Assembly: GCA_963707505.1 (NCBI GenBank)
Contig: CAVPQB010000002.1
Location: 1 to 64,000 of the forward strand
Direction: 5' to 3'
Source: an uncultured Gemmatimonadales bacterium
GTDB lineage: Bacteria; Gemmatimonadota; Gemmatimonadetes; Gemmatimonadales; Gemmatimonadaceae
DNA: 64,000 bases
Shown here: one piece after another, positions 39,381 through 48,741 of the stretch
Layout of the letters: each line of letters starts with the position of its first letter
How positions within the stretch are numbered: the first letter of the stretch is position 1
The notes under the pieces: model-generated
Seen by the model: the letters and a program-made list of their open reading frames with translations, nothing else
Database searches by the model: none
Told to the model about the DNA's origin: nothing
Program-made: the position numbers and the translations under genes

Positions 39381-40648
39381 GTAACGTTCGCGGCGACACC
39401 GTTCCCCGGTGGCGTCTGCTCACTGAAATATCCGTCGTCGTATGCCTTGCAAAACTCGGCGTACTGGCGCTCGGTCCGCTCGGCAGCATCACGCGCAAGT
39501 TGCAGGAGCGCGTCACGCCAGGATGTTTCGCGCCCGAACGCTGACAGTTGTTCGATGGGCGCGGACCCGAGCCAGCCGCCGCCTCTCAGGTGCAGCCACG
39601 CGGCGACTGACGCCATCAGCACAATGGCCTCGCCGATCTTCTTTGGCTGTCTGGCCCAATCGTGCAGCCGAACACGATCCTCCTGCGGTTGCATCTCGCG
39701 GATGCAGTAGCTGCGATCATTCCATTCTGCAGAAAAGAGAAATGCCGGAGCAACGACGGACGAGTGACGTTGAACCGAGACTACCCGATCAGCCTCATCG
39801 CTCCACACTGGTTGACCGTGTGCACGAAGCGTTGCGATTGCCGAAGGGTGTGCAAGTTTTACATCGAGCAGCACGTTGCGATCGGGTGAGCCGCGGCCTT
39901 CGACGAGCACGATGTAGCGTGGAAAGGCGATACTCCCGATCCCGGCGATACGGTGCGCCACATCGACGACTTTGAAGTACTCGCGGTCGCGCGCCGCGTC
40001 CGCGATGGTGTCCATCATGTGGTCGACGCCGACGCGCTCTTCCGCGGTTGCTGCAAGCGTGTGCTGCCCATCGATCACCAGCCGGCGGCGCTTGCCCTTG
40101 CGCGTGGTGTAGCGGCCGAGCAGCTCGGTGCGGGATCGGCCCGCGACCTGCGCGAACAGACGCTTGACCGTTCCTCGCGCACTCTCCCGCTCGATCCATG
40201 ACGGCTTACCCACCGATAGCTCGGTCGAGTATGCGACGAGCGAGCGTTGAATGAGCGCCTCCGTATCATCTGGCGATACACCCCATTCGTCCGATCCGAC
40301 GCGGATGCTCGCGAGGAACCTGACGAGGTCCAGGGTCAGCGGGCCGAGCGCACTCTCGTCGAAATCCGTGACGTCGAAATAGGTGAGGCGATTGTCGCCC
40401 TTGAAGGTCCCAAAATTCTCGACGTGGAGATCGCCGCACAGCCAGGCGGGCGGCGCGCCGGAGAGAGTCTCGACCTGCGGGAGTGACGCGTAGAACATCT
40501 GGCACGCTCCGCGCATGAATGAGAACGGAGTCTGCCGCATGGCGGCATATTTTCGGAGTCGAAGCGCCGGATCCGACCCGTGGTTGGCCGCAATGATCGC
40601 CTTCAGAGGGTCGGATGGGAGGTTGAGTGGCGCGTCGCTGTCGTTCAT
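39353..40648 (-). CDS. DUF2252 protein (kinase-like fold)
   Basis: KYAAMRQTPFSFMRG, CGDLHVENFG, FDVTDFDE and RIAGIGS. Confidence 0.88.
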   Translation of the reverse strand: MNDSDAPLNLPSDPLKAIIAANHGSDPALRLRKYAAMRQTPFSFMRGACQMFYASLPQVETLSGAPPAWLCGDLHVENFGTFKGDNRLTYFDVTDFDESALGPLTLDLVRFLASIRVGSDEWGVSPDDTEALIQRSLVAYSTELSVGKPSWIERESARGTVKRLFAQVAGRSRTELLGRYTTRKGKRRRLVIDGQHTLAATAEERVGVDHMMDTIADAARDREYFKVVDVAHRIAGIGSIAFPRYIVLVEGRGSPDRNVLLDVKLAHPSAIATLRAHGQPVWSDEADRVVSVQRHSSVVAPAFLFSAEWNDRSYCIREMQPQEDRVRLHDWARQPKKIGEAIVLMASVAAWLHLRGGGWLGSAPIEQLSAFGRETSWRDALLQLARDAAERTERQYAEFCKAYDDGYFSEQTPPGNGVAANVTYAASSLSE

Positions 40649-40744
40649 TCAGCTAATCGTATGCACATGCAGTCGAGGCGGAAAGGTTGGCCAGCGTAAC
40701 AAACTCTAAAGGATAACGCCGCAGCCGCGGCCCGATCCCACACC

Positions 40745-42085
40745 ATGACGCAAGAGCAACGCGAAAATCAGCACAGAGCGGGCCATGTAACGACCCTGCC
40801 CGATATCGAGATACGCAACACCGGACCCAAGGCGTTCCTCCGGAAGCTCGGGCCAGGCCTGGTTACCGGCGCCGCGGACGACGATCCATCCGGTATCGCC
40901 ACTTATTCGCAGGCCGGAGCAGCATTTGGATATGGTCTGCTCTGGACGGCGCTGGTCAGCCTGCCATTGATGATCGCAGTGCAGCTGATGTGCGCCAGGG
41001 TCGGCGTCGTCGCCAGGTCGGGGCTCGCTACGGCACTGCGGGACCACTACTCACGGAGCCTGCTCTGGTTTGCGTGCATGCTGCTCGTCGTAGCGAACAC
41101 ACTGAACATCGCCGCAGATCTGGGCGGCATGGCCGCGGCAGCGCAATTGCTCAGCGGCGTTTCGCGCGTGATTCTCGTCCCAGTGTTCGCGGCGCTGATA
41201 CTCGGTCTGTTGATATTCGCGTCGTACGAATCCATGGCGCGCGTGCTCAAGTGGTTCGCGCTCGCGTTGTTCGCCTACGTGATCGCTGCGGTGCTCGCGC
41301 ACCCGAGCATACTCGGCGTGTTGAAGGGAACGTTCCTGCCATCGATACGGTGGGACAGGGACTACCTGATGACGTTCGTGGCGATTCTCGGAACTACGAT
41401 TTCGCCGTATCTCTTTTTCTGGCAGGCGTCACAGGTGGCGGAGCAGGAAGAGCACGTGCGGGCGCGCTTTCCGATGCGGAGAAGACGCGGCGAGATGCGT
41501 CGCACGGGACGCGAGCTGAGAGACGCCGCCGTCGATACAGAGTCGGGCATGGTCGTGTCGCAGGTCATAATGTTCTTCATAATCCTGACGGCGGGTGCAA
41601 CGCTTCACAAAGCGGGCATTACCGACGTGCAGAGCGCTGATCAGGCGGCAATTGCGCTGCGCCCTCTTGCAGGGCCACTGGCGTACTGGGTCTTCGCGCT
41701 CGGGATCATCGGAACGGGAATGCTCGGTGTTCCAGTGTTAGCCGGTTCGGCGGCGTATGCCATTGCAGAAGCCGGAGCATTCAAGGGCGGCATGGATGAG
41801 AAGCCGGACGGTGCGCGTGTGTTCTACGGTGTGATGGTGATTGCGATGGCAATGGGCACCGTGCTGGCGTTGACCAAGCTGAATGCAATGAAGATGCTGG
41901 TCTGGTCCGCGGTAATGAACGGAGTTCTGGCGCCGCCGTTGATCGTGATCATTCTCATGGTGTGCAATAATGAGAAGATCATGGGGCGTTACAAGAACGG
42001 CAGATTGCTCAACGTTCTGGGATGGGCAGCAGCAGTATTGATGGGAGTTGCCGCTCTGGCGATGATCGTGTCGTTCTTCGTGTAG
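40745..42085 (+). CDS. NRAMP-family divalent metal transporter
   Basis: LGPGLVTGAADDDPSGIATYSQAG and GTTISPYLFFWQ. Confidence 0.93.
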   Translation: MTQEQRENQHRAGHVTTLPDIEIRNTGPKAFLRKLGPGLVTGAADDDPSGIATYSQAGAAFGYGLLWTALVSLPLMIAVQLMCARVGVVARSGLATALRDHYSRSLLWFACMLLVVANTLNIAADLGGMAAAAQLLSGVSRVILVPVFAALILGLLIFASYESMARVLKWFALALFAYVIAAVLAHPSILGVLKGTFLPSIRWDRDYLMTFVAILGTTISPYLFFWQASQVAEQEEHVRARFPMRRRRGEMRRTGRELRDAAVDTESGMVVSQVIMFFIILTAGATLHKAGITDVQSADQAAIALRPLAGPLAYWVFALGIIGTGMLGVPVLAGSAAYAIAEAGAFKGGMDEKPDGARVFYGVMVIAMAMGTVLALTKLNAMKMLVWSAVMNGVLAPPLIVIILMVCNNEKIMGRYKNGRLLNVLGWAAAVLMGVAALAMIVSFFV

Positions 42086-42101
42086 TAACGTGTGCAGCGA
42101 C

Positions 42102-42139
42102 AAAAAGTCCGGCGCTCGGGTAAGCGCCGGACTTTTTTT
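42102..42139. terminator. Bidirectional rho-independent terminator
   Basis: aaaaagtccggcgct / agcgccggacttttttt between convergent genes. Confidence 0.9.
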
Positions 42140-42180
42140 CATGCAATCATCGTCCTCGTGCTCTCGGACGACAACAAGTG

Positions 42181-42438
42181 TCAGACTGCGGTGCGGTTTC
42201 CTGTAATCAGACGAACGATCCAGACCAGTATCACCGCGCCGATTATGGCGACGATAATCGACCAGATGATACCGCCGCCCATTCCAACGCCGAGCGCCGT
42301 CATTATCCAACCGCCGATTACACCGCCGATGATACCGAGGACGATGTCCATGAGCGGGCCATAACCGGAGCCCTTCATGATTCGCCCGGTTGCCCAGCCG
42401 GCGATGAGCCCCACGATGATCCACCAAATCCACGACAT
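42181..42438 (-). CDS. GlsB/YeaQ/YmgE transglycosylase-associated membrane protein
   Basis: WIIVGLIAGW...DIVLGIIGGVIGG...AIIGAVIL. Confidence 0.92.
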   Translation of the reverse strand: MSWIWWIIVGLIAGWATGRIMKGSGYGPLMDIVLGIIGGVIGGWIMTALGVGMGGGIIWSIIVAIIGAVILVWIVRLITGNRTAV

Positions 42439-42549
42439 GTTACAAGTCTCCGTTCGTAGCTGTGGCCGGGGCCGTACTCACGACGCGACGGGTCCCGTTG
42501 ACAGTGGGTGAAGCAAGAGGCGCGCCGTTGTGAGGCAACTTCGGAATTG

Positions 42550-43671
42550 CTACGGCAAACGTTTCTCGATCTTTACGCCCGTGTGCAAGCCATCGAGAAT
42601 CGCGACTTTTCCGCGAGCACCGGCCGCCATGGCAGCGCCATCAGTTTCCGACATCACGACGTTGAGTGATAGCGAGTCGAGGCGCGACCAGGTGACACCG
42701 GAATCAACCGAGAACGATGTTCCCTCGGTTCCCACGGCAATCAGTCGTTTGCCTGTCTTGCGTGCGTCGAGGTACGCCACTCCGGACAGAAAGCCAGTCG
42801 ACGGTTGAGGCGCAGCGGCGATCCACGTCGATCCTCCGTCGTCGCTCCGCGCGACGGTTACGGCGGAAGCATCCGGCTTGGAGTAGTTGCCGCCGACTGC
42901 AACGAGATGATGCGTGTCACGACAGGCGAGTGAGAAGATCCCGGCTGCCGCGACACCTGCCTTGATTGGTGTTTCCACGACCGACCAGTTCCGGCCTCCA
43001 TCAGAAGAGTGGAAGACCCGCGACGCCGCCGCACCACCCGTGCCCAGCCATGCGTCATTGGGTCCGCATGTGACCAGCGAGGTCCCACTCGCCGCGAACG
43101 CCCCTTCTCCGGGGAGAGCTGGTGGGAGTCCGGCATCGGGAATTCGAGACCAGTGCTGGCCGCCGTCGTTCGTTTCGAGAATTACGAAGCGGCCGTTCAT
43201 CGGATCGCCGACCGCCAGCCCATGACGCGAGTCGAAGAAGGCCATACCGTCGAGGAAGGCACCCTTGCTTTCGTCCTGATACTGGAGCGTCCAGGTCCTG
43301 CCCCGATCCGTGGTTCGGTAGATGAGCGCAGTGTCCTGAGCCGACACCATCAGGAGCGCTGTATCGAGCGAGAATGCGTGGACGGCTCGAAAATCGAACG
43401 ATCCTGCTGCTGTAACGTTGCCGGGGTGCCAGCTTCGCCCGGCATCGTTACTCCACGCAAACGTCGCCCTGGTTCCGCTGATCCAGACGACGTTGCTGTC
43501 GACGATACTCATCCCACGAAACGAGGCGTCGGTCCCGGGATTCCGCGGGCTCCACTGAGCCTGAGCAGCTGAGGCGAAGGTGGCGGAGAACGTGATTGCG
43601 AGTGCAATCGAGAGGGTGATCGCAGCGCTTCGGCGCGACGAAACGATGGTAAGCGATGGCCGTGGAATCAT
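42550..43671 (-). CDS. Secreted BNR/Asp-box beta-propeller (Ycf48-like)
   Basis: Repeated S/TxDxGxxW boxes, signal peptide and GEGAFAASG. Confidence 0.88.
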   Translation of the reverse strand: MIPRPSLTIVSSRRSAAITLSIALAITFSATFASAAQAQWSPRNPGTDASFRGMSIVDSNVVWISGTRATFAWSNDAGRSWHPGNVTAAGSFDFRAVHAFSLDTALLMVSAQDTALIYRTTDRGRTWTLQYQDESKGAFLDGMAFFDSRHGLAVGDPMNGRFVILETNDGGQHWSRIPDAGLPPALPGEGAFAASGTSLVTCGPNDAWLGTGGAAASRVFHSSDGGRNWSVVETPIKAGVAAAGIFSLACRDTHHLVAVGGNYSKPDASAVTVARSDDGGSTWIAAAPQPSTGFLSGVAYLDARKTGKRLIAVGTEGTSFSVDSGVTWSRLDSLSLNVVMSETDGAAMAAGARGKVAILDGLHTGVKIEKRLP

Positions 43672-43705
43672 ACGGAATAATCTACGACTGCCCGCCGTCG
43701 CATCG

Positions 43706-43734
43706 TTTCACTTTCGGTATCCATTCGGTATACT
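43706..43734 (+). promoter_or_regulatory. Sigma70-like promoter with 11-bp-period direct repeat, probably leaderless
   Basis: TTTCAC-N17-TATACT, with TTCGGTAT at 43713-43720 and 43724-43731. The ATG at 43742 follows 7 nt after the -10. Confidence 0.6.
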
Positions 43735-43741
43735 TCCCATC

Positions 43742-44767
43742 ATGCTACGGCTCAAGAGTGGCGGGCGGCAGCTTCCGCTGTTTCCACCGGATGTCGAACG
43801 GTCGTTCGAGATGCTACCGGCGTTGGGTGAGCAGGGCGACATACGTTATTTCGCCACGCGTGCGCGGTCCGTTCTCAACCCTCCTGAAGTGACCGGGATG
43901 AACTTCTGGTCAGTGAACCCGTACGTCGGCTGCGCGTTCGGTTGCACCTATTGCTACGCCAGATACGCGCACCGTTACGTGATGGAGCGCGCGGCGGACC
44001 ACGATCGTCTGGAAGACGGGCTCTCCGACGATTTCGAGAGCATGGCTCCCTGGCTGGCGTTCGAGCGAAGAATCTTCGTCAAGCGCGACGCGCCGGAGAT
44101 TCTCGCACGCGCGCTCCGCACAGGTGGCGAGCGGTATCTCGGTCTCATAAACGGCGACACGATACTCATCGGCTCGGCGACCGACCCTTATCAACCGGCA
44201 GAGCGGCGCTTTCGCGTGACGCGCAGGATTCTGGAAGTGCTGGCGGAGCACCCCGGGCTCAACATAGTGATCATCAGCAAGAGTCCGCTGATCACACGCG
44301 ACGTGGATCTGCTCAAGCGTATTGCGCGCCACTCACGCATTCACGTTCAGATCTCGCTCATCACGGTCGATCGCGAGCTCGCACGACGGGTGGAGCCGCG
44401 CTCGCCAACGCCGGATTCACGACTGCGCGCGATCGCACGTCTGCGCGATGCGGGGATCGAGACGGGCGTGAACTGCATGCCAGTTCTTCCTGGCATCACC
44501 GACGATCCAGCCGCGCTGGATGAGCTCGTGCGTCGTGTCGCCGAGGCGGGCGCCGTTCGGATCGGTGCGTGCGCACTGAGACTCGATCGAAGCGCGCGGC
44601 TGCGGTATCTGCCGTTCATCGAGCAGGAATTCCCCGAGCTGGCCGCGCGTTATCACGCGAGCTACTCCCACGGCCGGAATGTGGGGGAGAAATATCGTGA
44701 AGGACTGGCCGAGCATTTCGCTGTGTTGCGCGCGAAATACGGCATCGGCGACGGAACGCGGTACTGA
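43742..44767 (+). CDS. Radical SAM protein, SplB/Rv2578c-like DNA-repair family
   Basis: SVNPYVGCAFGCTYCYAR, GSATDPYQPAE, SKSPLITRD and PVLPGITD. Confidence 0.9.
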   Translation: MLRLKSGGRQLPLFPPDVERSFEMLPALGEQGDIRYFATRARSVLNPPEVTGMNFWSVNPYVGCAFGCTYCYARYAHRYVMERAADHDRLEDGLSDDFESMAPWLAFERRIFVKRDAPEILARALRTGGERYLGLINGDTILIGSATDPYQPAERRFRVTRRILEVLAEHPGLNIVIISKSPLITRDVDLLKRIARHSRIHVQISLITVDRELARRVEPRSPTPDSRLRAIARLRDAGIETGVNCMPVLPGITDDPAALDELVRRVAEAGAVRIGACALRLDRSARLRYLPFIEQEFPELAARYHASYSHGRNVGEKYREGLAEHFAVLRAKYGIGDGTRY

Positions 44768-44779
44768 AAAGCGCGAGTA

Positions 44780-45382
44780 TCAGGCGCGCTCGAGTCCCAC
44801 GAGCGTCGACACATTGTCGCTCGGGATGTAGCAATGGAGTCCACACGGGACGAGACCGGCGTCACGAATGATCCGCCGGTACGACGCGCGGGATTCGGCA
44901 TGCCAGCCTGTAGTGTCGCCTTCGACTTCATCCTCCGACGCGAATATCTCCAGGTATGCAAGTCCCGCCGTACGGTCGGCGATGTTGCGAATCGCGCGTA
45001 TCATTACATCACGCGGCAGGTAGTTGATGACGCTGCAACACACCACCATGTCGAAGCTGCGATCGGGCAGGAGCCGCGGCAGATCATCTACTGTTCCCTG
45101 CACGATGTTGCGGCGCTTGCCGAAACGACGCACTGCATATGCGCTCGGATCGACACCCTGATATCGTACCGACGGACGAAGTGTCCTGAGTACGGGTCGC
45201 CAGCGTCCCTCACCAGCGCCGACATCCAGCACGGAGCGGACCGGATGCGCGAGCACGTACTCCGTCGCGGCCACGGCGAAGCTGATCAGTCGCTTGAGAT
45301 CGGCGGTCGATCCCACACGATGCTTGGGATGGCGGTACCACTTGTCGAAGTAGCCGCCGTCAAAACGCTTCTGTTTAATCAC
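44780..45382 (-). CDS. Class I SAM-dependent methyltransferase
   Basis: VLDVGAGEG, GVDPS and FDMVVC. Confidence 0.85.
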   Translation of the reverse strand: MIKQKRFDGGYFDKWYRHPKHRVGSTADLKRLISFAVAATEYVLAHPVRSVLDVGAGEGRWRPVLRTLRPSVRYQGVDPSAYAVRRFGKRRNIVQGTVDDLPRLLPDRSFDMVVCCSVINYLPRDVMIRAIRNIADRTAGLAYLEIFASEDEVEGDTTGWHAESRASYRRIIRDAGLVPCGLHCYIPSDNVSTLVGLERA

Positions 45383-45416
45383 GATGTGGGATCAGTCGAA
45401 CGTAAGTCGAACAAAA

Positions 45417-45878
45417 TCAGTCGTCGGCATTGCTGCGACGCACGCGCTTCTTCTCTGAAAGTTTGCGTTTGTCATCGAGCCGCGCCTGCTTCGCCGCACG
45501 GCTCGGCCGCGTCTTTCTGCGTGCCTTGGGGATGACGAGCGCGCGCCGCACCATGTCGCCAAGCCGCGTTTCGGCCAGCTCGCGATTCTGCAGTTGACTG
45601 CGCGTATCGCTCGCTACGACGCGGAGCTCGCCGTCGTCACTCAGGCGAGAAGCGAGGCGCGTGATGAGACGCGCACGATCTTCATCGCTCAATACTTGCG
45701 ACGACGCGACGTTCCACGTGATCTCTACGCGCGTGGATGTCTTGTTGACGTGCTGACCGCCCGCGCCTGATGCTCGTGTCGCGCGCACTCCGAGCTCGGC
45801 GCGCGGGATCGCGAGCCTGTCATTCACACGCAGTGCGCGCTCGTCCTCGCCGTCAGCAGCGGAAGATCTTGTCGCCAT
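45417..45878 (-). CDS. arfB: Alternative ribosome rescue peptidyl-tRNA hydrolase ArfB
   Basis: RASGAGGQHVNKTST, RSQLQNR and a basic C-terminal tail. Confidence 0.93.
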   Translation of the reverse strand: MATRSSAADGEDERALRVNDRLAIPRAELGVRATRASGAGGQHVNKTSTRVEITWNVASSQVLSDEDRARLITRLASRLSDDGELRVVASDTRSQLQNRELAETRLGDMVRRALVIPKARRKTRPSRAAKQARLDDKRKLSEKKRVRRSNADD

Positions 45879-46824
45879 CGAAGCGGCCGTTCTCGATGAA
45901 TATGCCGGACGTGTATCGGCCGGCAACGATACTACCGGCCATGTATATGCCGGGCACGTTGGTCTCGAGCGTATCGGGATTCACCGACGCACGTTCGGTA
46001 TCTGGCTCCAACTCGATACCCAGTCGCCGAAACAGCGCGAAGTCCGCGCGAAATCCCGTCAGTGCGTACACCCGATCCGCGTGCAGCGCCTCTTCCATTC
46101 CCTCGGCGTTGCGTATGATCACTGCGCCGTGTTCGATTCGCAACACCGTCGCGCCAAGCCGCGCGGAGATCTCGCCAGCGGCAATTCGATTTTCGATGTC
46201 GGGTTTGACCCAGTACTTGACGCTTGCTGGAAACACGGTGCCGCGATATACCAGCGTAACGCGAGCGCCGGCGCGAAACAGCTCCAGTGCTGCCTCAACC
46301 GCTGAGTTGCGTCCGCCGATGACCACGACATCCAGCCCGAAGCTGCGATGTGGCTCGTCAAAATAGTGGTGGACAAACGGAAGCGACTCGCCAGGTACGT
46401 CCATGAGATTGGGCTCACCGAAATATCCGGTCGCCAGCACAAGACGCTTGCAGCCGATGACAGTCTCGCCACTCGGCGTCGCAACTGTGCACTGAATTAT
46501 GTCATCAACGCGTTGCGCGGTCACGAGTCTCGTGTAGGTCCGGACGCGCAGCTTATCGGTACGTACCACACCGCGATAGTACTTGAGAGCTTCCTCACGA
46601 GTGGGCTTCTGTCCCACGGAGACGAACGGATGGCCACCGATCTCCAGCAGCTCCGGCGTGGTGAAGAATCCCATGCCAATGGGGTAACGCACGATCGAAT
46701 CGGCGATGGCGCCGGCTTCGATTATGAGCGGATCGATCCCGCACTTTCTGGCTGAAATCGCGCACGCCAGCCCGATGGGACCGCCGCCAGCGATTATCGT
46801 ATCTTCAAACTGGTTCTTCTGCAT
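45853..46824 (-). CDS. ypdA: YpdA-family (bacillithiol disulfide reductase-like) FAD oxidoreductase
   Basis: GGGPIGL, FFTTPELLEIG, KPTREEALKYY, VKYWVKPDIENRI and FIENGR. Confidence 0.9.
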   Translation of the reverse strand: MQKNQFEDTIIAGGGPIGLACAISARKCGIDPLIIEAGAIADSIVRYPIGMGFFTTPELLEIGGHPFVSVGQKPTREEALKYYRGVVRTDKLRVRTYTRLVTAQRVDDIIQCTVATPSGETVIGCKRLVLATGYFGEPNLMDVPGESLPFVHHYFDEPHRSFGLDVVVIGGRNSAVEAALELFRAGARVTLVYRGTVFPASVKYWVKPDIENRIAAGEISARLGATVLRIEHGAVIIRNAEGMEEALHADRVYALTGFRADFALFRRLGIELEPDTERASVNPDTLETNVPGIYMAGSIVAGRYTSGIFIENGRFDGDKIFRC

Positions 46825-46862
46825 AATGAATAATTCTAACCATCGACGAACAGAGGATTACG

Positions 46863-47570
46863 ATGAACGTTGCCAGGGCGCGGGTGCTTGTAACAGGCGG
46901 GTCGAGCGGAATTGGAAAGGCGACGGCTCTCGCACTGACCGAGCTGGGCGCACGAGTGGCGATCTGCGGACGGGACCGCGCGAGTATCGAGAAGGTCGCC
47001 GGTGAGATCGGCGCCAGCCCATTCGTCGCGGACGTGAGCCACGAAGCCGACGTCGTTGCGCTCATTCCAAAGGTGATCGACGCGCTCGGCGGCTACGACG
47101 CGCTCATCAACAACGCCGGGTTCGGCCGTTTTGCGCCGCTGCTCGAGACAACCGTCGATGACATGCGGGCGGTATGGGAGACGAACGTGCTCGGCGCGAC
47201 GCTCGCCGCACGCGAGTCGGCCAGGTACTTCATCAAGCAATCGTATGGCAACATCGTGAACGTCGCATCGACATCGGCGGCGCACGGCTCGGCAAACGGG
47301 TCGGCTTACTCCTCGTCCAAGTTCGCCCTTGCATCGCTCACGGAATGCTGGCGCGCGGAGCTGCGGAAGAGCAACATTCGCGTGATGCAGATCAATCCTA
47401 GCGAGGTGCTGACCGACTTCGCGCATCGCGCCCGCGGAACGGAACGTGCGGACAATCCGAGCAAGTTGCGCGGCTCGGATATCGCCGCCGCCATCGTGGG
47501 CATGCTTGCCCTGGACGACCGTGCCATGATAACCGAGCTGACGGTGTGGGCGAGCAACCCGCGCGATTAG
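46863..47570 (+). CDS. Short-chain dehydrogenase/reductase
   Basis: TGGSSGIG, NNAG and YSSSK. Confidence 0.93.
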   Translation: MNVARARVLVTGGSSGIGKATALALTELGARVAICGRDRASIEKVAGEIGASPFVADVSHEADVVALIPKVIDALGGYDALINNAGFGRFAPLLETTVDDMRAVWETNVLGATLAARESARYFIKQSYGNIVNVASTSAAHGSANGSAYSSSKFALASLTECWRAELRKSNIRVMQINPSEVLTDFAHRARGTERADNPSKLRGSDIAAAIVGMLALDDRAMITELTVWASNPRD

Positions 47571-48169
47571 ACTGCCGGGGTTCCCTGCAAACCGATCGCC
47601 TCTGCAGAGCCTTGTAGCGCGGCAACTACGAACGCAATGTGCTCGTCGAGGTCGACACCGAGCTCCTGTGCGCCCTGAACGACGTCCTCGCGACTCACGC
47701 CGCGCGCGAACGCCTTGTCCTTCATCTTCTTCCGTACCGAGCGAGGCTCGACGTCGTGCACGGACCTCGATGGCTTGACGAGCGCTGTCGCGGTGATGAG
47801 TCCGGTCAGCTCATCCACCGCGAAGAGTGTGCGCGACATCAGAGTGGTCCGCGGTGTGCCGGTGTACGCTGCGTGACCCATGATCGCGTCGAGAACATCC
47901 TCGGGGTATCCGAGTGCGCGCAGGATTCTCACGCCCTCACTCGGATGCTCTTCCGTCGCGGACCGATTCGCGTTTGGGAAACGCTCGTAATCGAAGTCAT
48001 GCATCAGGCCGGCTAGCCCCCATCGTTCCACATCCTCGCCATGGTGAGTGGCGTAGGCGCGCATGGCCGCTTCCACTCCAAGCATGTGCTTCCGAAGCGA
48101 TTCCGATGGCGTGTATTCGTACATCAGCGCAACTGCGGCGTCGCGCGTGGGGAGTGGCGAGTTGCTCAT
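47567..48169 (-). CDS. HD/HDIG-domain hydrolase
   Basis: SLRKHMLGVE, GLMHDFDYE, AVDELTG and KDKAFARGVSR. Confidence 0.88.
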   Translation of the reverse strand: MSNSPLPTRDAAVALMYEYTPSESLRKHMLGVEAAMRAYATHHGEDVERWGLAGLMHDFDYERFPNANRSATEEHPSEGVRILRALGYPEDVLDAIMGHAAYTGTPRTTLMSRTLFAVDELTGLITATALVKPSRSVHDVEPRSVRKKMKDKAFARGVSREDVVQGAQELGVDLDEHIAFVVAALQGSAEAIGLQGTPAV

Positions 48170-48299
48170 GTCGATTGCTCGTGCCAACTGGCGGTGACGG
48201 TAAACGTCGCACAAAAAAACGACGGTACGAGTGATTTTCGTACCGTCGCTGAATATACTGCGCTGCCAGTCGCAATCCGTGCGACGTAACTCTAACGCG

Positions 48300-48674
48300 C
48301 TACCGGGGCGGAATCTGCAACGTGACCTCATCGCCGCGTGTCACGAGGATCGAGCTACTGACCGACGGACGAAGTCCGCCGATCGGATCTGCAATGAAGC
48401 GCAGCGAGGTATTCGCTCCAATCAGGACATCGGACGGGATCTTCATTTTCGTAACGGTCGCGGCGGTCGCCGTACCGAGACGAATTCTCTGGCCACCAGG
48501 GTCGCGAACGACATATACATCCATGTCCAGGGAACCCTGATTGTCCACCTTGAGCGTGGTAACCTGTTCCGGGGCGGCCGCGCCGCCGGCGCCCGACGAG
48601 GAAGCGTTGTTGCACGCCACGGCGCCCCCCAGACACGTCAAACTGAGAGCGAGTGCAACTGCCTTGAAGCGCAT
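48300..48674 (-). CDS. Hypothetical lipoprotein
   Basis: Signal peptide with lipobox AVAC, GGAG RBS and a small beta-rich domain. Confidence 0.7.
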   Translation of the reverse strand: MRFKAVALALSLTCLGGAVACNNASSSGAGGAAAPEQVTTLKVDNQGSLDMDVYVVRDPGGQRIRLGTATAATVTKMKIPSDVLIGANTSLRFIADPIGGLRPSVSSSILVTRGDEVTLQIPPR

Positions 48675-48741
48675 TTGTTTCTCCTGATCACGATTTATCC
48701 GGCCATAGCGCATTCCTCGCGCCAGAACCGGTTTTCAACCG

